Part shown: positions 8,213-14,943 of the stretch, piece after piece
Numbering within the stretch: the first letter of the stretch is position 1
Layout: every line of letters starts with the position of its first letter
NCBI GenBank assembly: GCA_964645515.1
Contig: CAZYBD010000010.1
Location: forward strand, 1-26,856
Direction of reading: 5' to 3'
Length of the DNA stretch: 26,856 nt
Origin: an uncultured Dehalococcoidia bacterium
GTDB lineage: Bacteria > Chloroflexota > Dehalococcoidia > Lucifugimonadales > UBA3495
The notes under the pieces: model-generated
Database searches by the model: none
Seen by the model: only the letters and a program-made list of their open reading frames with translations
Told to the model about the DNA's origin: nothing
Translations under genes and position numbers: made by a program

Positions 8213-10231
8213 CTACGGCTGTAGCAGCACCCGGACGGTGCCGTCCACGTCTTTACGCTGGGTCAGCAGCTTGTGGCCTGCCTGCTCCGACCAGCCGATG
8301 ACGTCGTATATGTTCAGGGCGTCGGCAAGGATGGCTTCCACGAACGACTGGTTGTCAAGTTCCATCTGACGGGATAGAGCAGCGATTACCCCGGCGCAAC
8401 TCTTGCCGCGCCCGTCGATGATGATCCAGCCGCCGGTACCGTTGTTGACGACCGGTGCAACATCGTCGTGGACGCTGACCTCACCGCTCTTGCGCAGGTC
8501 CAACTGGCGCTTGAACTCCGCCACGGCTTCCCAGGCCACCGCCCGACCGCGGTCACCCGAAGAGCATACGGCGCCGCGCACTCCAACGATGTCGGGGTTG
8601 ATGCGTTCCAGTTCATCCAAGTCATCTATCTTCAGGTGACCGGACAGTGCCGTGCTCATGCCCAACTGTTTACCCTGCAAGATGATGTCCCGTAGCACCG
8701 GCTCGGGCATGAAGTCAAACAAGTTGCGGCCGTCTTTAGTCAAGGTATCTATCAGGAAACCGTCGCATTCACCGTCCTTGGCAAGCTGCACCATGCAATG
8801 GGGGTCCAGTCCGTCCTCGTATAGCTCGTTGTCGGCGAACACTGAGCCGATTAGCTTGGTGTTGAAGCCCTCCAACGCCCTCCGCGACTCGCGCAGCACG
8901 GCCACTGCGTCGTCGTACGAGCCACGCTGGAAGCCGACCTTGACCGACGTTGCGTCCAATTGGGCAGCGGCGTAGGCCGCCATGGCTACGGTGCCGGCCT
9001 GGTTAGGCACAACACCCAAGGTTACGCTGACGTGCTTTTCCACCGGGATGGTGCCCCGCACCTGCCGTACCGTGGAAGGATGTCCTGAACCCACCAGGGC
9101 CTCTTGGAGGTTTTTGACATCGACTACGTCGGCCCCGCCCTGTTCGGCCTCTAGCGCCTCTTCTAAGTTTTGGACGCTGACCATCAGCAACATGCCCGAC
9201 GCGAAGTTATTGTTACCGTCTAGCCAGGATGTCCGGGAAGCCGTGGGGGCGGCCGGCGCTGGAACCCGCGGCTTAAGTGGTTCCAACTCCTCGCGGAGTT
9301 CTGACTTTTCCACCGGAGAGAGGTCGGCTAACGGCAGTCGTGTTGGGCCGGCTGCCATGCCCATCAACTCGGCCCAATGCTTGACCAGCGGCACTGGAAG
9401 CGCCCCGTTGTACTTGGTGACCGTGCGGGTCCACCAGGTGTCTGACAACTCTTTCAAGCGCCGCAGGTGGGTCTCGTAGAATTGTTCGTCCAAGTCGCCT
9501 TTGGTGGCTCGGTCTATGAACTGGACGTAGTTATTGGCGCCAGGTATGTCGAAACGCCAATCCGAGGTATTGGCAAACATTACCTGCTGTTGTATGCCCA
9601 GCTCCTGAGCTTTGAAGAAGATCCACTCGTCGGGGGTGCTGATGACCGCCTCTTTCCCCAAGGTCAGGTGGGCTTCGATTGACAGTTGCTGGTTAAAGCT
9701 GGCCTCCTTGACTCCCACTACGTTGGGTATGCGGCAAAGGCGTTGCATCCCGTAGGTGCTCATTACTATTCCGAACTGTGGAGAGTTGTAGAACATAATG
9801 GCCAGATCGGTGTTAGCGGCTAATAGCCGAACGTATTCGACCACCTGGTCCTCGGTCTTGGCAACCATGTAGGGCGGGGCCACGATGAGCAGGTCGAACC
9901 CTTTGCCTTGGGCGTGCTGAGCTAACGATAGCATCTCGGAGGCGGAGGTGTCGGTAACATGGGCGCCGATAGGCCAGCTACCTGCGGCCTCCTCGGCCAC
10001 CGTGTCCATCACCTGGATCCTTTCTGCGTGGGTCAGGCTCCAGAACTCACCCATTCCCCAGGTGCAACCGCCCCCGGTGCTCCCCAGGCTTCGCACATGC
10101 CTTATATTGCGTTTGACCCCCTCCTGGTCGATGCGGTCGTCGGGTGTGAACGGGGTAATTAACGTAGTCCATTGGCCCTTGAGAGTTTCCCAAGCCCACT
10201 CCTGGGCCTCGTGCTTCTTGTAATCAGTCAT
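8213..10231 (-). CDS. Tri-domain fusion: DapA/DHDPS-family aldolase (aa ~1-320) + MfnB-like 4-HFC-P synthase (aa ~347-578) + TusA/SirA-like domain (aa ~602-672)
   Basis: DapA fold: TTLITPFTPDDRID, GEFWSLTHAER, PPY, FYNSP, VVGVKEAS. MfnB: LLMVSVQNLEEALEAEQGGADVVDVKN, SVKVG, LIDTLTKDGRNLFDF, ALSGHL, PDIVGVRGAVCSSGDR. TusA-like: IDGRGKSC...DVIGWSEQAGHKLL. Continuous ORF with Pro/Ala linker and SD-like AGAGGG upstream. Confidence 0.88.
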   Translation of the reverse strand: MTDYKKHEAQEWAWETLKGQWTTLITPFTPDDRIDQEGVKRNIRHVRSLGSTGGGCTWGMGEFWSLTHAERIQVMDTVAEEAAGSWPIGAHVTDTSASEMLSLAQHAQGKGFDLLIVAPPYMVAKTEDQVVEYVRLLAANTDLAIMFYNSPQFGIVMSTYGMQRLCRIPNVVGVKEASFNQQLSIEAHLTLGKEAVISTPDEWIFFKAQELGIQQQVMFANTSDWRFDIPGANNYVQFIDRATKGDLDEQFYETHLRRLKELSDTWWTRTVTKYNGALPVPLVKHWAELMGMAAGPTRLPLADLSPVEKSELREELEPLKPRVPAPAAPTASRTSWLDGNNNFASGMLLMVSVQNLEEALEAEQGGADVVDVKNLQEALVGSGHPSTVRQVRGTIPVEKHVSVTLGVVPNQAGTVAMAAYAAAQLDATSVKVGFQRGSYDDAVAVLRESRRALEGFNTKLIGSVFADNELYEDGLDPHCMVQLAKDGECDGFLIDTLTKDGRNLFDFMPEPVLRDIILQGKQLGMSTALSGHLKIDDLDELERINPDIVGVRGAVCSSGDRGRAVAWEAVAEFKRQLDLRKSGEVSVHDDVAPVVNNGTGGWIIIDGRGKSCAGVIAALSRQMELDNQSFVEAILADALNIYDVIGWSEQAGHKLLTQRKDVDGTVRVLLQP

Positions 10232-10276
10232 ATCCGCCGCCCTCTTTTCGAACTAAATGGTTGATTGCTGTATGGA

Positions 10277-12238
10277 TTACTCGTCGTCCTCGTACTGGCC
10301 TTTGAGGGAATCCACGACCGCCGGATCCGCTAGGGTCGTGGTATCGCCCAACGCACGCCCTTCCGCTACGTCTCGCAGGAGGCGCCGCATGATCTTGCCG
10401 CTACGGGTTTTGGGCAACTCGGCTGCAAAATAGATGTCGTCGGGCCTGGCCATGGGGCCGATCTTCCCGGCCACATGGGCCTTGAGCTCGGTTATCACCT
10501 CATCGGACATGGTGACTTGATCTTTTAGAGTGACGAAGGCCACTATGGCCTGTCCTTTGACTTCATGGTCTTTACCGATGCAAGCAGCCTCGGCCACTTT
10601 CAGGTTGTCTACTAACGCGCTCTCAACTTCCATGGTACCGATGCGGTGGCCCGAAACGTTGATCACGTCGTCCACCCTACCCAAGAGCCAGAAATAGCTT
10701 TCCTCGTCCAGCTTGGCTCCATCAGCGGTGAAATAAGTCCCTGGATAGCGGGACCAGTAGGTCTCCTTGAACCGTTCGGGGTCGCCGTAAATGTTGCGCA
10801 GCATCGACGGCCACGGCTTCTTGATGGTGAGGTAGCCTCCGCCTCCAGGTCCTACCGGATTACCGGCTTCGTCCAAGATTTCTGCGCTGATGCCCGGAAA
10901 AGCTTTGGTCGCCGAACCAGGTTTGAGAGTGGTGAGGCCCGGCAATGGCGCAATCATGATACTGCCCGTCTCAGTCTGCCACCAGGTGTCTACCACGGGA
11001 CAATTCCCCAGCCCGATGTTTTTCCAGTACCAGACCCAGGCTTCCGGGTTAATGGGCTCACCCACTGTCCCCAGCAGACGCAGAGAGGACAGGTCGTGTT
11101 TCTGAGGGTAGCCCTCTCCCCATCGCATGAAGGTGCGTATGGCGGTGGGAGCGGTATAAAGAATGGAAACGCCATACTTGGCGATGATGGCCCAAAACCG
11201 GTCTCTGTCCGGATAGTCGGGAGAGCCTTCGTACATTACAGAGGTCGTGCCGTTGGCCAACGGCCCGTAGACAATGTAGCTATGGCCTGTCACCCAGCCG
11301 ATGTCAGCGGTGCACCAATAAGTGTCTTCTTCTTTCAAGTCGATGATCCATTTGGTAGTGGCGTAAGTGCCCAACAAATAGCCGCCGGTAGTATGGACAA
11401 TGCCCTTGGGCTTACCGGTGGTGCCGCTGGTGTACAGGAGGTAGAGCATGTCCTCGCTGTCCATCTGCTCTGGCTCGCAGGTCTGGGGCTGACCCTCCAC
11501 TAGGTCGTGCCACCAGATGTCCCGGCCTTCGACCATGCTGTCGTCTGCGCTGCCGGTGCGTCGGAGAACCACCACGGTCTCGATGCTGTAGGTGCCGTCC
11601 AACGAATCGTCGGAGTTCTGCTTTAGCGGGACGATACCACCCCGGCGGTAGCCACCGTCGGCAGTTATCAAGATTTTGGACTGAGAGTCGTTAATCCGGT
11701 CCCTCAAGGACTCGGGGCTGAACCCACCGAACACGACGCTGTGGGGGGCACCAATACGGGCGCAAGCCAGCATGGCAATGGGTAACTCGGGGGTCATGGG
11801 CAGGTAGATAGTGACCCGGTCTCCCTTTTCCACTCCCTGACTTTTCAGGCCGTTAGCGAAGCGGCAGACCTCGCGGTAGAGGTCCCAATACGTGTAGACT
11901 TTCGAGTCGCCGGGCTCCCCTTCCCAGATTATGGCGGCCTTGTTTCGGCGGCTGGAAGTCAGGTGCCGGTCGAGGCAGTTGTAGGAGACGTTAAGCTTGC
12001 CTCCCACGAACCACTTGGCGAAAGGGGGATCCCACTCCAAGACCTTGTCCCATTTCTTAAACCAGTCCAGTTCCTCGGCAAACTTGGCCCAGAAGGCTTC
12101 TGGGTTCTCGGTTGCAGTCTCGTAGATCTTGGGATCGTTGACGTTGGCTTGTTTGACGAATTCGGTAGGAGGGGGGAATGTTCGGTCCTCTTGAAGCAGG
12201 GCGTCGATAGTTCCGGTGCTTCCCGAGTTTTCAACCAC
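10277..12238 (-). CDS. acs: Acetyl-CoA synthetase (AMP-forming)
   Basis: [53 protein letters not shown] and acetylation motif [19 protein letters not shown] is 8 nt before the GTG. Confidence 0.98.
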   Translation of the reverse strand: MVENSGSTGTIDALLQEDRTFPPPTEFVKQANVNDPKIYETATENPEAFWAKFAEELDWFKKWDKVLEWDPPFAKWFVGGKLNVSYNCLDRHLTSSRRNKAAIIWEGEPGDSKVYTYWDLYREVCRFANGLKSQGVEKGDRVTIYLPMTPELPIAMLACARIGAPHSVVFGGFSPESLRDRINDSQSKILITADGGYRRGGIVPLKQNSDDSLDGTYSIETVVVLRRTGSADDSMVEGRDIWWHDLVEGQPQTCEPEQMDSEDMLYLLYTSGTTGKPKGIVHTTGGYLLGTYATTKWIIDLKEEDTYWCTADIGWVTGHSYIVYGPLANGTTSVMYEGSPDYPDRDRFWAIIAKYGVSILYTAPTAIRTFMRWGEGYPQKHDLSSLRLLGTVGEPINPEAWVWYWKNIGLGNCPVVDTWWQTETGSIMIAPLPGLTTLKPGSATKAFPGISAEILDEAGNPVGPGGGGYLTIKKPWPSMLRNIYGDPERFKETYWSRYPGTYFTADGAKLDEESYFWLLGRVDDVINVSGHRIGTMEVESALVDNLKVAEAACIGKDHEVKGQAIVAFVTLKDQVTMSDEVITELKAHVAGKIGPMARPDDIYFAAELPKTRSGKIMRRLLRDVAEGRALGDTTTLADPAVVDSLKGQYEDDE

Positions 12239-12424
12239 TTGCTTTACTCCTTAGGCGCGGACTAGCCATATTTCCCGGGAAATGCTGATAGACTTCAGGC
12301 TAGTTTAACATCGGATTTTTAACATATAGGAGCTTGCATTGCAACGAGAGCCATTGGTCTGACCGGCGCTACCCTTCCAGTAATGGCGTAGAATTCCTGG
12401 CTATGCCGCGACCCACAATGCACC

Positions 12425-13897
12425 GTGCCACCCTTGGATTTATACCTGAAAATGAACGTCCCTGAAGGCAACTCAGTCGTAGCCGCTGACAAGGTGTCTT
12501 GGGCCCGAGTCATAGTGGCGGTTGCCGCTGGGCTGGGGATGTTCTTGGCCATGATGGACATTGCGGTCAATGTGGCCCTGCCGTCTATGGCCGAGGACTT
12601 GGACGCCGATCTGCAGACCGTCCAGTGGGTAATTGTGGTGTTCGTTGCCACCAGAGCTGGACTGGTAATGTGCGCCGGCAGTTTCGGAGACTACTTTGGG
12701 TTGCGGCCGGTTTACCTTTGGGGCGCCGGGGCGTACCTGGTGGCCATGTTCTGCATCGCCTTCTCTCCGGATCTCTCCTCGGTGGTCGGGTTCAGGGTGT
12801 TACAAGGGATTGGTACTGGTTGTCTCTACGCCGTTTCGCCTGCCATTGCCGCGAGCGTGTTCCCCAGCGACCGCAGAGGCCTGGGGATGGGTTTCACCGC
12901 TGGGAGCCAGGCGTTGGGTATGATAGCGGGTTCTTTTGGCGCAGGACTTCTGGTGGCCTGGTCGGGTTGGGAATGGGTATTCTTGGGGCGTGTCCCGTTC
13001 GTCGCGCTAGCCTTAGTTTTAGCCTACATGTTCATGAACCGGGGAAATCCGAACCGGGCCACCGGCCTATCGTTCGTCATAGTGGGTGCCGTTGCATTGG
13101 TTGCTGGTCTGATCTGTTTGGTTATCGGACTTAGGTTGGGGCGCTCCGTCGGCTGGGACTCGGTCCCAGTTCTCGCACTGTTGCCCCTAGCATCCCTTCT
13201 GGTGGTTGCGTTCTGGCGCATAGAGCGCTTCGCTCCTTGGCCAGTTCTGCCACTGCACCTGCTGCGGGTGAATGGATTTATCGCCTCCACCGTCAGCATG
13301 TTCCTGGTCCATTTCGGAGTATTCGGTATCTGGTTTATATTCCCGTTCTACGTGGTCGACAGTCTGGGCCAAGGGCCGGTCGTCCTAGGTGCTCTGCTGG
13401 CCACTATGGCCTTTTTATATTCGGGGTTTTCTGGGGCAGGGGGGTGGCTCAATGACCGCATAGGGTCAACCCCTGTGGGAGTGGGCGGACTGATGGTTAT
13501 GGTTGCCGGACTTGCCTATATGGCCTTCTTGGACGCCGGTTCGCCTGTCGGGCAAGTGGCGTTCCGGATTGCGATCGTCGGCGGTGGCTTGGGACTGTTT
13601 CAGGCGTCGGCCTATGCGCTAATGATGAGGAGCGTACCTCAGGAGCGGTTTGGTACTGCCGGGGCCGCGCTTTCTTTGGCTCAGGCTTTCGGTTCGGTGC
13701 TGGCAGTAGTGGTGCTTGGGGGTATTTTCGCCTGGCGTGGCGACCACCATATGGCTGAGGCCGTGGGGCTGGTGAATGCTGAGGGGATAGCTTTTGTCAA
13801 CTCGTTCCGGGAGGTGTTCCTCGTGGGTGCCACGGTTGGGCTAATGGGCGCGGCGGCGCTCTTATTAGGGGGCCAGATTAGTAGGAAGGTAAAATAG
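12425..13897 (+). CDS. MFS transporter, DHA2/EmrB-QacA-like (about 14 TM)
   Basis: GMFLAMMDIAVNVALPSMAEDL, GSFGDYFGLR, FRVLQGIG, WEWVFLGRVP, GGWLNDRIG and many hydrophobic segments. The true start may be the ATG at 12452. Confidence 0.9.
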   Translation: MPPLDLYLKMNVPEGNSVVAADKVSWARVIVAVAAGLGMFLAMMDIAVNVALPSMAEDLDADLQTVQWVIVVFVATRAGLVMCAGSFGDYFGLRPVYLWGAGAYLVAMFCIAFSPDLSSVVGFRVLQGIGTGCLYAVSPAIAASVFPSDRRGLGMGFTAGSQALGMIAGSFGAGLLVAWSGWEWVFLGRVPFVALALVLAYMFMNRGNPNRATGLSFVIVGAVALVAGLICLVIGLRLGRSVGWDSVPVLALLPLASLLVVAFWRIERFAPWPVLPLHLLRVNGFIASTVSMFLVHFGVFGIWFIFPFYVVDSLGQGPVVLGALLATMAFLYSGFSGAGGWLNDRIGSTPVGVGGLMVMVAGLAYMAFLDAGSPVGQVAFRIAIVGGGLGLFQASAYALMMRSVPQERFGTAGAALSLAQAFGSVLAVVVLGGIFAWRGDHHMAEAVGLVNAEGIAFVNSFREVFLVGATVGLMGAAALLLGGQISRKVK

Positions 13898-13984
13898 AAA
13901 AACCTACGCGGACTCTACGTTCAACTAGGCGCCGGTGGCCGAGACTCTCCGGCCGGTTGGGGGCCAGACCTTGCCAGAAGCTTC

Positions 13985-14014
13985 TTGACCCGGCTGCGAC
14001 GCCCTTGTTACACT
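13985..14014 (+). promoter_or_regulatory. Sigma70 promoter of tRNA-Val
   Basis: TTGACC (13985-13990), 18-nt spacer, extended -10 TGnTACACT (14006-14014), ending 10 nt before the tRNA. Confidence 0.6.
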
Positions 14015-14024
14015 GCCTCAGTGC

Positions 14025-14101
14025 GGGCGGTTAGCTCAGTTGGTTAGAGTACTTGCTCGACACGCAAGAGGTCAGTGGTTCGAGTCCACTACCGCCCACC
14101 A
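14025..14101 (+). tRNA. tRNA-Val(GAC)
   Basis: Acceptor stem GGGCGGT/ACCGCCC, D arm GCTC..GAGT, anticodon stem CTTGC/GCAAG with loop TCGACAC, T arm AGTGG-TTCGAGT-CCACT, and encoded CCA. Confidence 0.98.
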
Positions 14102-14243
14102 CTCCGCTACAAACAGTAGACATGGTGGTCCGCCCATCGCTAACAGTTCAGATCTCGTCCGAAAGTAGGTGTCTGCCTAACTGTTTGTTTTTAGTGCCAA
14201 CCCAATAAGGCAGACTAATAATAGAAAATATCCGAGTGTTGAA

Positions 14244-14870
14244 ATGGACGCCGCCCAACTTGTAAAGTCAGCCCCCAATCCTAGGATCTCAAAGTTTTCC
14301 GCCGGAGATACGGTCAGGGTCAATTTCCGCATCCGTGAGGGAGAGCGAGAGAGAATCCAGGCGTTCCAGGGCGTCGTAATCCGGCTCCAGAACGGCACGG
14401 GTCCGGCGGCCAATTTTACTGTGCGGCGCATTTCCGGTGGTATTGGTATCGAGCGTATCTTTCCGCTACATTCTCCGCTGGTGGAATCGTTGGAAGTGAC
14501 CCGGTACGGCTCGGTACGCAGGGCCAAGCTTTACTATCTGCGCGGGTTGCAGGGTCGCGCAGCCAGAATCAAGGAGCAAAACCCGCTCCAGCGCAGACGT
14601 GCCGCGGAAGCAGCCCAAGTGGCGGCAGAAGCGTTGGCCGCCCAAGAGGCAGCCGCCGAGGAAACCGAAGCCGTCGACGAAGCGTCGATTGATGATCTGG
14701 ACAAACAACCTGTCGAAGAATCGGAAGATGCTGCGGTAGACGAGGTCGCTGACGGGGAATTCGTCATCGAGGAACCGGAAGAGGGCGCGGCTGACTTTCT
14801 AGATGACGGGGCCGCCCAAGAGCCGCCTGGTGATTCCGGCGAGGACTCGGTGGAATCGGAAGAGAAGTAG
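14244..14870 (+). CDS. rplS: 50S ribosomal protein L19 with long acidic C-terminal extension
   Basis: [71 protein letters not shown], then about 97 aa rich in Ala/Glu/Asp. Confidence 0.97.
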   Translation: MDAAQLVKSAPNPRISKFSAGDTVRVNFRIREGERERIQAFQGVVIRLQNGTGPAANFTVRRISGGIGIERIFPLHSPLVESLEVTRYGSVRRAKLYYLRGLQGRAARIKEQNPLQRRRAAEAAQVAAEALAAQEAAAEETEAVDEASIDDLDKQPVEESEDAAVDEVADGEFVIEEPEEGAADFLDDGAAQEPPGDSGEDSVESEEK

Positions 14871-14909
14871 AAACACAGCGGCCCGCTTGATGCGGGCCGC
14901 TGTGTTTCT
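14869..14909 (+). terminator. Perfect 18-bp inverted repeat, probable intrinsic terminator after rplS
   Basis: AGAAACACAGCGGCCCGC-TTGAT-GCGGGCCGCTGTGTTTCT directly at the rplS stop, with a GC core followed by TGTGTTTCT. Confidence 0.7.
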
Positions 14910-14943
14910 GGCAACAGCGTTGCCTCTGTTTGGCCTCTAAGAC

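Noticed and set aside
9270-10231. Assigning the DapA-like domain as lysine-pathway dapA, given thrB and aspartokinase nearby
   Set aside because: The key DHDPS residues (Thr44/Thr45, Arg138 equivalents) are missing, and the gene is on the opposite strand in a different operon.
10646-11503. 285-aa plus-strand ORF
   Set aside because: It lies entirely antisense to acs and has no recognisable motifs; a typical shadow ORF.
12499-13134. 211-aa alternative-frame ORF inside the MFS gene
   Set aside because: It is Gly/Arg-rich off-frame translation, as expected in GC-rich coding DNA.
14140-14170. GTCCGAAA suggested a hammerhead ribozyme
   Set aside because: There is no CUGANGA core on either strand at a suitable position.
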